Source of the DNA: an uncultured delta proteobacterium
GTDB taxonomy: Bacteria; Desulfobacterota; Binatia; Binatales; Binataceae
Reading direction: 5' to 3'
Length of the DNA stretch: 64,000 bases
NCBI GenBank assembly: GCA_963808235.1
Contig: CAWEEQ010000004.1
Coordinates: 2,560,001 to 2,624,000, forward strand
This document shows, one piece after another, positions 19,201 to 27,656 of this stretch (its first letter is position 1; each line of letters opens with the position of its first letter). Made by a program: the position numbers and the translations under genes. The notes beneath the pieces are model-generated. The model saw nothing but the letters and a program-made list of their open reading frames with translations. It made no database searches and was not told the DNA's origin.

Positions 19201-21039
19201 TTATCGGCGGAACATGCGTTCGATCTGCCCGCGTCCGAAGTGAATATGTACCGGACGGCCGTGCGGGCAATTGGTCTTGAATTCAGTCCGATCCAAATCC
19301 GCGAGCAGCGAATGGATTTCCGCCATCTCGAGCACGCGCCCCACACGAACTGAGCCGTGACAGGCGAGTTGCTTCAGCCAGTTCTCGAACGCCGATTCGC
19401 CGCCGCCGCGAAAGCCCGCGTCGCCCATGCTGTCGATCATTTCCGCGAGCAGCTTGGCTCCGCCTTCGGGTCCGAACACGGCGGGCGCGCCCTTCAGCAG
19501 GATCGTCATCGGGCCGAACGGCTCAACGTCGAATCCCATCGCGCGAAGCTCGCCGATCGCGGCCTGCACTTGCGATGCACGCGCGGGATTCAGCTCGACC
19601 GACACCGGCGTCAGCATCGCTTGCGTGCGGATTCCGCCCTCGCGCAGCTCCGCGCGCAGCTTCTCGAAGGTGACGCGTTCGTGCGCCGCATGTTGATCGA
19701 TCAGTAGCAGCCCGTCTTCGGCCTCGAGCGCGATATAGCCAGCAAAAATTTGCCCGATAACTCTAAGCTGCGAGTACATCGGGATCGGCTGAGCGGGATG
19801 CGTCGTCGCGCTGCGCGCGTCGCGATCGTAGGCAAGGCTGAGCGGCCGCTGAAACGCCGCCGGGTTGGTTGCATCGGGAACCAGTCTGAGCGGTGAGTCG
19901 GATCGGGTTGAACTCTGGGCCGGCGGCTGCTCGCGCGTTTCAGACATCGTGATCAGGCCCATCGCGGTGTCGTCGCCACTCGGCTCCGGAACTCTGTCTC
20001 GTACTCCGGGTTTCTCGACCAGCGAGATTACGGGCGCGCTATAAGTCTGGTCGGCGAGACGTTCGCGAATCGCGTGGTGTACGACTTCGAAAATGGCGCC
20101 TCCGTTGCGAAATCGGACTTCGGTCTTCATCGGATGCACGTTGACGTCAACGTCCTCGTGCCGCATATCGACGAACAAGACCGCCGCCGGATGACGCCCG
20201 CGCGGAATCAACGTCTGGTAGGCCTGTTCGATTGCGCGTATCAGCATCCGGTCACGCACCGAGCGGCCGTTGACGAAGGTGAAAAGCATCCGGCCGGTCG
20301 CGAACGACTCCTGGCTGGTGGCGACCAGTCCTCGTGCGCGAATTCCTGGACGGTCCAGATCGAACGGGAGCATCTTTGCCGCAAGCTTCGGCCCGAATAG
20401 CTGGCGCACGCGCTCGAGCGCCGAGGTCGCCCGCGGCAGCTCGAACATCGTGCGGCCGTCGGCAACAAGCGTGAAAGCTATATGATGATTGGCGAGCGCG
20501 ACGCGCTGAAACGCCTCGCCGATCGCGCCCTGCTCGGTCGCGAGCGTTTTGAGGAACTTGAGTCGCGCCGGCGTATTGAAAAAAAGCTTGCGCACTTCGA
20601 TTCGCGTTCCGGCCGCGATCGCGCACGCGCGAGAATCCTCTATGTTGCCGCCCTCGGCCGCGATCTCGATTCCGTCTGAGTCGATCGCGCGCCGGGTAAG
20701 CATCCGCAGATGCGACACGCTGGCGATCGAGGCGAGCGCCTCGCCGCGAAACCCGAGCGTCCGAATGGCGCCCAAGTCCGCAGCACTGCGAATCTTCGAG
20801 GTCGCATGCCGGCGCATCGAGAGGATCGCATCCTCGCGCGTCATCCCGCATCCGTCGTCGGCAACCACGATCAGCGCCGAACCGCCGCCGAGTATCTCGA
20901 CGCTTATCGCGCGTGCGCCCGCGTCAAGGGAGTTTTCTATTAGCTCCTTGACCGCCGATGCGGGCCGCTCGACAACTTCACCCGCCGCGATCTGGCTCGC
21001 GACCTGCTCGGGGAGGATATGAACTATGTGCTCGGGCAT
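19201..21039 (-). CDS. mutL: DNA mismatch repair endonuclease MutL
   Basis: IAAGEVVERP, KELIENSLDAGA, GFRGEAL, DQHAAHER, CPHGRP. Confidence 0.98.
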   Translation of the reverse strand: MPEHIVHILPEQVASQIAAGEVVERPASAVKELIENSLDAGARAISVEILGGGSALIVVADDGCGMTREDAILSMRRHATSKIRSAADLGAIRTLGFRGEALASIASVSHLRMLTRRAIDSDGIEIAAEGGNIEDSRACAIAAGTRIEVRKLFFNTPARLKFLKTLATEQGAIGEAFQRVALANHHIAFTLVADGRTMFELPRATSALERVRQLFGPKLAAKMLPFDLDRPGIRARGLVATSQESFATGRMLFTFVNGRSVRDRMLIRAIEQAYQTLIPRGRHPAAVLFVDMRHEDVDVNVHPMKTEVRFRNGGAIFEVVHHAIRERLADQTYSAPVISLVEKPGVRDRVPEPSGDDTAMGLITMSETREQPPAQSSTRSDSPLRLVPDATNPAAFQRPLSLAYDRDARSATTHPAQPIPMYSQLRVIGQIFAGYIALEAEDGLLLIDQHAAHERVTFEKLRAELREGGIRTQAMLTPVSVELNPARASQVQAAIGELRAMGFDVEPFGPMTILLKGAPAVFGPEGGAKLLAEMIDSMGDAGFRGGGESAFENWLKQLACHGSVRVGRVLEMAEIHSLLADLDRTEFKTNCPHGRPVHIHFGRGQIERMFRR

Positions 21040-21043
21040 CGGG

Positions 21044-21077
21044 AACTTAATTGTAGTGAAACCAGCCGTGGGTTTCA
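21044..21077. repeat. REP-like palindromic repeat, copy 1
   Basis: aacttaattGTAGtgaaaccagccgtgggtttca; 32/34 identical to 21516-21549. Confidence 0.75.
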
Positions 21078-21086
21078 CACTTCCTT

Positions 21087-21110
21087 GGGCAGGGGCCAGC
21101 CCCTGCCCCT
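21087..21110. repeat. GC-rich inverted repeat (REP-like or terminator of the NIPSNAP gene)
   Basis: gggcagggg-ccag-cccctgccc. Confidence 0.6.
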
Positions 21111-21151
21111 AAGCGAGGAATGAAGATGCGGCGCGGAGCGCCTGTTCGCAC

Positions 21152-21478
21152 TTACTTCAGCGCGGAAAACGAGGTCGGCATCAGGATGCTGTTGGTGATC
21201 GAAGTGAGGATCGGGCCGTCGGCCTCGCTCCTGGCGCGCGCCTCGATCCATTCGGGATCGGCAGCGAAAGCGGCAAACTTCTTGTCACGATCGGCTAACG
21301 ACTCCCATTGCAGCATGTAAACCAGGTCGGAACTCGACTCACCGATCGCGACCGTCCAGAATCCGACCTGCTTGATTCCGTGCTTTTCGAACAACCGGCA
21401 GGTGACGGTGTCGAAGCGTTTGAGGATCGCGGGCAAGCGTCCCGGGACACAGTGATATACGCGCAGCTCATAAACCAT
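21152..21478 (-). CDS. NIPSNAP family protein
   Basis: YELRVY...PG...RF...HGI..VGFW...L.YML.W.SLADR...F.ADPEW...ILMPTSFS. Confidence 0.92.
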   Translation of the reverse strand: MVYELRVYHCVPGRLPAILKRFDTVTCRLFEKHGIKQVGFWTVAIGESSSDLVYMLQWESLADRDKKFAAFAADPEWIEARARSEADGPILTSITNSILMPTSFSALK

Positions 21479-21515
21479 CTCGTCTACTCCTCAAGATAGC
21501 GATCGATGAAGGACC

Positions 21516-21549
21516 AACTTGATTGTAGTGAAACCCGCCGTGGGTTTCA
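21516..21549. repeat. REP-like palindromic repeat, copy 2
   Basis: aacttgattGTAGtgaaacccgccgtgggtttca with TGAAACCC/GGGTTTCA stem. Confidence 0.75.
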
Positions 21550-21723
21550 TCTTTGACGTTTGATCGCGGACGGATCGGCGCAGGGTTGCTCCGCGCGCCT
21601 AGACATCTGAGGTTTTGGACCGGATACTCTAGCCGGTCGCGATCGGGGGGCTTTTGCGGCGGTTGAAGATTGGGGCGGGGTTTGAAAAGCTCCGCGCGGC
21701 AAACTCGCGGGGGTGTTCAATCG

Positions 21724-22959
21724 ATGAGAAAAATTAGTGCGATGCTGCTGCTCGGCGCGACGATAGTTGCGGTTGGAGCCGCGCGCGCCGGGGCGGCGCA
21801 AGTCAAGATTGGGGTCGGGGTGATTGGACCGATCTCGCCGCAGACCGAGGCTGATATCGACAGTATCGTCGGCACCCTGCCCAACGTGAAGGTAGTGCCT
21901 ATACAGCCGCCCGGCGATATCGACGCATGCGTCAAACGATTCGTCGCCGGCGAGCCCGACGACCGCGTCGACGCGGTGATGACCGTCGGCTTGCCGCCCG
22001 ACTCGTTTCAGACTCAGCGCGACGCCAACGAAGCTCGCTTCACGGGCGCATATGAAATCTGGACGCTCAACCTGTCGACGCTGGCCGAGGATCGGCATCG
22101 ATTCACCTTCACTGACAGCGAGCCGGTGATCGGCGGCGCGGCCGCAATCCTCGCGATGCCGGCGCAGTTGTTCGCCGAGCGCGCCACCGGGAAACAACTT
22201 ATTTCGAGCAATCAATGGCAGGCGTTCGAGGCGGTGCAGACGCGCGTCGAGGCAAAGCTGGTCGCGGCGACCAAGCTCTACCTGGCGACCGCGTCGATTC
22301 GCGACACCGCGCCGTTGAACCCGCTCGACACCGCGAAAAACCTGCTTGATCGCGGTGACGGCGAGGCTGCGATGATGGTTTTCAAATCTGCCGGACTCAA
22401 CAATCCTGAAGTTCAGCAGATGATCGCGGCCGCCCAGGGTCAGCTACGCCGCGGTGCTGCCGAGGCGCTGCTCGGACGGACGCTCGGCGCGATGGCCGGG
22501 GGGAACGCGACTGAGGCGCGCACCATTCTGGCCGAATATGAGAAAGCGCCCGCCGCGGAGAGCACTCGCGCCGATTCGATTCGCCGGGTGCTGGCCAACG
22601 CGCCCGAACGCCGCGCCGATTCAGCCTACGACGGTGTAATCAAAAGCGATGTGCCAGGTCTCAACCACAGCGCATTCGTCGCGATGATCAAGCAGATGTT
22701 CGGCGAGCAGACCGGCTCGGTGCCGGGCGAGGTGATCGTGACCGCTAAGGACATCACCGTCGAAGACAAGAGTGCGGTCGCGGGCCTGAAGGAGTCGCTC
22801 GACAGCTACGCCGATGCGATCGGCCGCGCGTCGTGGCTGATGAGTCTCAAGTGCGGATGCGACGCGGGCGCTGTACTGACCTCGGAAGCGGGCGGTGCGG
22901 CGCTGCTCAAGGCCAAGTACGCGCCTTCGTTCAAGCGTCCGCACGTCGGCCTGCCGTGA
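21724..22959 (+). CDS. Hypothetical exported protein with helical (TPR-like) middle region
   Basis: Signal peptide MRKISAMLLLGATIVAVGAARAGA; typical codon usage; no family recognised. Confidence 0.75.
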   Translation: MRKISAMLLLGATIVAVGAARAGAAQVKIGVGVIGPISPQTEADIDSIVGTLPNVKVVPIQPPGDIDACVKRFVAGEPDDRVDAVMTVGLPPDSFQTQRDANEARFTGAYEIWTLNLSTLAEDRHRFTFTDSEPVIGGAAAILAMPAQLFAERATGKQLISSNQWQAFEAVQTRVEAKLVAATKLYLATASIRDTAPLNPLDTAKNLLDRGDGEAAMMVFKSAGLNNPEVQQMIAAAQGQLRRGAAEALLGRTLGAMAGGNATEARTILAEYEKAPAAESTRADSIRRVLANAPERRADSAYDGVIKSDVPGLNHSAFVAMIKQMFGEQTGSVPGEVIVTAKDITVEDKSAVAGLKESLDSYADAIGRASWLMSLKCGCDAGAVLTSEAGGAALLKAKYAPSFKRPHVGLP

Positions 22960-22996
22960 CCATCTTTGACGGGAATCGGGGCACTGGCGTCATGGC

Positions 22997-23269
22997 CTAA
23001 TCTGAAATTGCGCGAGCCGGGGATAGTATCTCGGACCACTCGCTCAAAAGCCTCAGACTAGTCCGAGCGGCAAATGCAGCCCAGGGAAACATGAAGACAG
23101 GGAAGAAACCGCCGGCCACAACGCCCTCACCCTGGCCTCCGAGCGCAATTTCTATCTGGAAATAGCAAAGCACCGCGGCAATGCCCCACAGTCCTCCGAC
23201 AGCTATGATGCATATGTAAATCCCTAGCGTGGCTGCGAGATTGGCGCACACGCTGCGCTCAACACTCAC
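22997..23269 (-). CDS. Possible small membrane protein
   Basis: Two hydrophobic segments; atypical composition. Confidence 0.3.
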   Translation of the reverse strand: MSVERSVCANLAATLGIYICIIAVGGLWGIAAVLCYFQIEIALGGQGEGVVAGGFFPVFMFPWAAFAARTSLRLLSEWSEILSPARAISD

Positions 23270-23419
23270 TGCGAGCGGTTATCGTCGTAGCTTCAAGCAA
23301 TTCTTCGATCGACCATAGCCCATTGCCGGCCTCTTCCACAGCGGCGGTGGGCGGGCTAATCTGACTGGCTAATCCTGTACGAAATCGCAAATTAATCGCG
23401 AGAATTAATCAGAAGACCA

Positions 23420-23608
23420 ATGAGACATTGCGCATACTGCAAGAAGCACCCGTCAGTCGGCAACAACGTCAGCCACGCCAACAACAAGACCAAGCGGCGA
23501 TGGAACCCCAACCTGCAGGAAGTCCGCGCCGAGATTGACGGAAACGTGCGCAGAATTCTCGTCTGCACGCGATGTATCCGCAGCGGCAAGGTCAAGAAAA
23601 GCGCCTGA
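23420..23608 (+). CDS. rpmB: 50S ribosomal protein L28 (Zn-ribbon type)
   Basis: C..C.K....[20 protein letters not shown]...[10 protein letters not shown]. Confidence 0.97.
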   Translation: MRHCAYCKKHPSVGNNVSHANNKTKRRWNPNLQEVRAEIDGNVRRILVCTRCIRSGKVKKSA

Positions 23609-23638
23609 CGCCTGTCGCCTCTCCCAACCCTGCACTCT

Positions 23639-23989
23639 TCATAACAACGCGGCGAGCTTCTCCGGCGGACGCGCAATGATCGCGCGCTTGCCGCGAATCA
23701 CGATCGGGCGCTGCATAAGCTCCGGATGCTCGAGCAGGAGCGCGACCACCGCCTTCTTCTGCACATAGTCATCGGTATTCAAACCCAACTCCTTGAAGCG
23801 TTTGTCCTTGCGGACCAGGTCGGCCGGCGGAACGTCGAGCATGTCGATGATCTTCTCCAGCGTGTCGCGGCTCGGATGGTTCTTCAGATATTCGACGATG
23901 TCGAACTCGACATCTCGCGCGCGGAGCATCTCGAGCGCGCCTTTTGAGTTTCCTCAGCCGGGGTTGTGATAGAGGGTAATCCGTTCCAT
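23639..23989 (-). CDS. arsC: ArsC/Spx-family reductase with in-frame TGA at catalytic codon 12 (probable selenoprotein, 116 aa)
   Basis: RBS GAGG + ATG 23989; MERITLYHNPG-[TGA 23956-23954]-GNSKGALEMLRARD... in frame with the track ORF; ends HPELMQRPIV...ARPPE. Confidence 0.85.
23917..23940 (-). promoter_or_regulatory. Candidate bacterial SECIS hairpin
   Basis: GCGCGCUCGAGAUGCUCCGCGCGC stem-loop starting 13 nt after the UGA, G in the apical region. Confidence 0.5.
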
Positions 23990-24135
23990 GGTTGCCTCGC
24001 TGCGCAATCTTTCAATCAGCATAGGCTTCATCGCGAGGCTGCATCAAATGCGGTTTCAACGCATGCGCGGCCCTTTGATGAATGGGCGCGGTGCGGATAG
24101 AATCACCGCGCGACAATTGTGCGAAGGAGTGGGTC

Positions 24136-24708
24136 GTGAGCAACAAGTCGAATTTCCGCGGTAACGGCACGCTTCGTTTTGCGGCCATCGCTCTCTCGAT
24201 CGCGTTCGCGGCCGCGACTATGGGACGCAGCGCCGGTGCGGCAAACGTAAGCGGAACCATGTCGTATCCAAACGGCAGCCCCGCTCAAAAGCGCCAGTTG
24301 CATTACGAGGATCGCACCACCGGCGACATCTATGTTGCGCCGACTGAGCCCGACGGTTCATTCAGCGTTGACCTGCCGCCCGGGCTCTACGATCTGCGCG
24401 CGGAACGCGGCTTGATTTTGCGTTACAAGATTAACGTGGGCAACGAAGACTTGAACGTCGGCCATGTCGTCGAGCCTGCGCCGCTCGACGTACTGCGCCC
24501 ATTCCAGCGTGAAGGGGTAGCCGATACGATCGTCGAAAACCCCGCGCCCGCGACCACGAATCTGAGCGGCAGGGCTGTTGAAGCGATGCGCGTGGGGCAT
24601 GAGGCTATCGCGCCGCTGGGCGCGCCAGGCACGCCGGTGCCGCAATCCACGCCGCTGGCTGAAATCCCCTACGAGGATCCGGCGCCGTCGGCGACGATGA
24701 TGAAGTAA
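24136..24708 (+). CDS. Exported carboxypeptidase-regulatory-like (prealbumin-fold) domain protein
   Basis: Signal peptide, VSGT...G.P...T.PDGSFSV.LPPG.Y.L. Confidence 0.75.
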   Translation: MSNKSNFRGNGTLRFAAIALSIAFAAATMGRSAGAANVSGTMSYPNGSPAQKRQLHYEDRTTGDIYVAPTEPDGSFSVDLPPGLYDLRAERGLILRYKINVGNEDLNVGHVVEPAPLDVLRPFQREGVADTIVENPAPATTNLSGRAVEAMRVGHEAIAPLGAPGTPVPQSTPLAEIPYEDPAPSATMMK

Positions 24709-24747
24709 GCCTGGAATTCGCCTGCCGATTGCGGCGGGCGAATTGTC

Positions 24748-25143
24748 TCAGCTCGCGGTGCGCTCGACAAATTCGAGCCGATTGCCCCAAGGATCGCGGA
24801 CGAAGAATCGCTCCTGTCCCGGAAATCGATTGCCCGCGATTATCTCGACGCCGGCCGTCTTCAGCCGCGCGCGCATCGCCTCGAGACTCGCAACCCGAAA
24901 TGCCGGATGCCTGCGCGATGCTTTGTTTACGGACGACGCGTCCTTCTCGGTGGTGAGATGAAGCTGTTGCAAGCCGCATTGATACCATGCGCCCGCACGC
25001 CCGCTGTCGGTGTTAGCCGGACGCTCGAGCGGTTCAAGTCCTAAAAGCTGCTCATAGAATGCGCGAGCTTTGACGAGCGAATCGTCGCCCTCGTCGATTA
25101 GCAGGTTCACGTGATCCAGTCCGACAATCAGGCTCATCAGCAA
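24748..25143 (-). CDS. VOC/glyoxalase family protein
   Basis: LDHVNL, ARAFYEQLLGL, QLHL, HPAFRV, RFFVRDPWGNRLE. Confidence 0.9.
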   Translation of the reverse strand: MLMSLIVGLDHVNLLIDEGDDSLVKARAFYEQLLGLEPLERPANTDSGRAGAWYQCGLQQLHLTTEKDASSVNKASRRHPAFRVASLEAMRARLKTAGVEIIAGNRFPGQERFFVRDPWGNRLEFVERTAS

Positions 25144-25254
25144 TCCTCTTTCGCGCTGGGTTCGTCGACTCGATCTTTTGCGAGCGACTGCCGCGAGTCA
25201 ATTGGCTAAGTAGGTGGACGAGTTCTCAGCGAATCGCCTCAAATAGTCCGCACC

Positions 25255-25292
25255 AAAAAAATGCCCCGCGAGCGGTAAGAACTCGCGGGGCA
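25255..25292 (-). terminator. Rho-independent terminator after FecR gene 1
   Basis: TGCCCCGCGAG/CTCGCGGGGCA stem followed by a T-run on the minus strand. Confidence 0.8.
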
Positions 25293-25327
25293 CTGTTGCA
25301 AAATGCAATCGGGGACTTCAGTAAGCC

Positions 25328-26098
25328 TCACTTGCTCGAAGTTCCTGGCTTCTGATTGTTCCCGCCGCCATCGAACTCTCCGGTCGCCGCCAATCCTCCG
25401 ACTACTCCGCCAGCGACGATTCCGAGCCCAATCGCGGTGCCGAGGACAGGGCCAAGAAGCTCGCCATCGACCAAAAACGCGCCGCATGCGACGGTCGTGT
25501 GATGGCCGGCGTGTACGTCTTCTGAGCCGGCGGCGGGATTCAGCGGGTTAATGACGTTCACGGTGCCGTCCTGCACATCGACGTCCGTGAACTGACGGCA
25601 GTCCTTGTATTTTTCCTTGGTCTTGTCGTTCTGTGGAAAGCTCGACTGCTCTCCATAGAAGGTTGTGAACTCAGTCCCGCGCACCGCTCCGATCGCGTTG
25701 GGAGTATGCACTTCGAATGTCGTGGTGCTGCCGCGCATCGCGCCGACGATCAGCGAATGGAGCCTGCCGCCAAGCAAGCCGACCTTGCTCGGCGCTCCAA
25801 CTCCGTTGACCAGCACGCTTTCATCGATCGTGAGAGTCGCACTTTCACCAAGCTGGAGAGAGCTGTTGTCGACCAGCCCGACGGTCAGCGACGCGCCCGG
25901 CTGAGTGACAAGTTTGTCATGCAGGAGAACCGGTATATTGGGGGTGACCACGATATTTTGAGCGCCGCGCTGAATATTCGCTACGCCCTGAATTTGGGTG
26001 ATCGTACCGACGGCGTTCTGCGCTCGGGCCGTCGAAACTGTCGCGAGCATCGCCAGTGCGAGCATCGCGATCATAATTGCAGTCCTGGGATATCTCAT
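25328..26098 (-). CDS. Secreted FecR-domain protein with C-terminal Gly-rich TM (paralog 1)
   Basis: Signal peptide, D...T......DNS.L.LGES..L, FEVHTPNA..AVRGTEF, V.V.DG.V.V. Confidence 0.85.
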   Translation of the reverse strand: MRYPRTAIMIAMLALAMLATVSTARAQNAVGTITQIQGVANIQRGAQNIVVTPNIPVLLHDKLVTQPGASLTVGLVDNSSLQLGESATLTIDESVLVNGVGAPSKVGLLGGRLHSLIVGAMRGSTTTFEVHTPNAIGAVRGTEFTTFYGEQSSFPQNDKTKEKYKDCRQFTDVDVQDGTVNVINPLNPAAGSEDVHAGHHTTVACGAFLVDGELLGPVLGTAIGLGIVAGGVVGGLAATGEFDGGGNNQKPGTSSK

Positions 26099-26291
26099 AT
26101 CGCTTGCCTTCGAATGTACTCGCGCACCTCTTTGGAATGCCTGCTACTGACCGTGATCGCCCGCAGTCTGACAGACTGCCACGCTTGTGGAAAACCGAAC
26201 ATTACGGCTCTGCTAAAGCCATAGGGCACGATGTAGAGGTGCAATATGGTGCGAAACCGACAAATTATCAAGCGAAAAACTTTTACTGCTC

Positions 26292-26328
26292 AAAAACAAA
26301 TCCCGCGGCGCCTGATGGCGCCGCGAGA
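26292..26328 (-). terminator. Probable terminator after FecR gene 2
   Basis: CGCGGCGCC/GGCGCCGCG stem followed by TTTGTTTTT on the minus strand. Confidence 0.65.
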
Positions 26329-26372
26329 TCGCTACAGTCGAATTCAGACTTAATCGCGCGTCAGGCCATCGA

Positions 26373-27143
26373 TTATCTGTGCGAAGTGACAGGACCCTGG
26401 TTCTCGTTGCTTCCTGAGCACCAGTCCCACGTTTCGGTCGCGCACAGGATGCCTGTGGTCAGGCCGCCGATGACGAGGACTCCGAGTCCGATGTATTCCA
26501 CATCGTGATCAACCAGCGCTCCGGCTCCGCAACACGCGACCGTCTTGTGGCCGCCGGCGTTTACATTTTCGGAGGCGCCGCCCGTGTGTGGGCAAATGGT
26601 CACGTCCACCTTTCCGTCCTGGACGTCCACGTCCGTGAACTGGCGGCAATCGGCGAATCCGCTGCGCGAGTCTTCACTGTAGGCCGTGGTCCATTCGGTT
26701 CCGGCCACGACCGCCGATGCGTTGGGCGTATCAACTTCGAAGGCGGGCGAATTCTGGCGCATCGCACCAACAATCGTCGAGTGGACACTTCCACCAAGCA
26801 GTCCAACTTTGCTGGGCGCGCCAACTCCGTTGACGGCGATGCCCTCGTCCATCGAGAGCGTAGAAGAGGGTCCCACTTGCAGCGAGCTGCCATCGACCAG
26901 CCCGATGGTTGCGGATCCTCCTGGCCCAGTGGCAATTTTGTCGTGCAGTTCGACCGGCATATTCACCGCAGCGGGGAGGTTCGATGCGCCACGCTCGATG
27001 TTCGCAACTCCCTGAACTTGCGTGATCGCGCCGACTGTGCTTTGCGCGTTGGCGGCCGGAACCGACATCATGATGATTGTCAGAATCGTCAGAAAAGCTG
27101 ACGAGACTAACTTTGAGTGAATTAAGCGACTCTGAATATGCAT
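26373..27143 (-). CDS. Secreted FecR-domain protein with C-terminal TM (paralog 2)
   Basis: Shares VNGVGAPSKVGLLGG, IVGAMR and DCRQFTDVDVQDG with paralog 1. Confidence 0.85.
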   Translation of the reverse strand: MHIQSRLIHSKLVSSAFLTILTIIMMSVPAANAQSTVGAITQVQGVANIERGASNLPAAVNMPVELHDKIATGPGGSATIGLVDGSSLQVGPSSTLSMDEGIAVNGVGAPSKVGLLGGSVHSTIVGAMRQNSPAFEVDTPNASAVVAGTEWTTAYSEDSRSGFADCRQFTDVDVQDGKVDVTICPHTGGASENVNAGGHKTVACCGAGALVDHDVEYIGLGVLVIGGLTTGILCATETWDWCSGSNENQGPVTSHR

Positions 27144-27656
27144 GGGTTTCCTCCCCGATCCACGTTCTCAGCTGCGAACCATACTGTGCTTTCGCGCATC
27201 AAGGCTCTTGTCGAATGAGCATAGCAACGGTCGCGACTAGCGCCAAGCGAAGTGAACTTCTAACAAATATGGTATATGAAGGTCAACTCTACGACGCGTC
27301 GATACCAATTAACAAACATAAGCGAATCCCGCTTCTTTTTCCCAATCGCAAAAGCCTGAGGTCCACGATTCCGTCTAAAACTGACCGCACGACCTCCAAA
27401 TGTCTCCAATCGGATGTGAACATCCGATCCATCGCAGTATGACAGCGATGCGGCCCTTTGCCCAGATAATGTTCTGGCACGAACAAAAAATAAATCAAAG
27501 TAAAGATCTGAGAGAACATAGCGTGGCGACGAATCGTCGACGGCATGACGATCGCGCCGCGTTCGCAACGCTCCGCTCTCCGTACGAGAGAAGGGGAAAG
27601 TGGGCCGACGCGCAATACTTGCCGGCGCACTTTCCCCTTTCTCGCGCTAGCAGACG

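Noticed and set aside
21044-21549. CRISPR array
   Set aside because: Only two repeats, separated by about 440 bp containing a gene; no cas genes.
23639-23989. arsC as a nonsense pseudogene
   Set aside because: The only lesion is a TGA exactly at the catalytic Cys with a downstream hairpin; Sec is more parsimonious, though unproven.
27144-27656. Small ORFs in the intergenic region between FecR paralog 2 and the secreted protein
   Set aside because: Overlapping candidates, atypical codon usage, no motifs or clear RBS.
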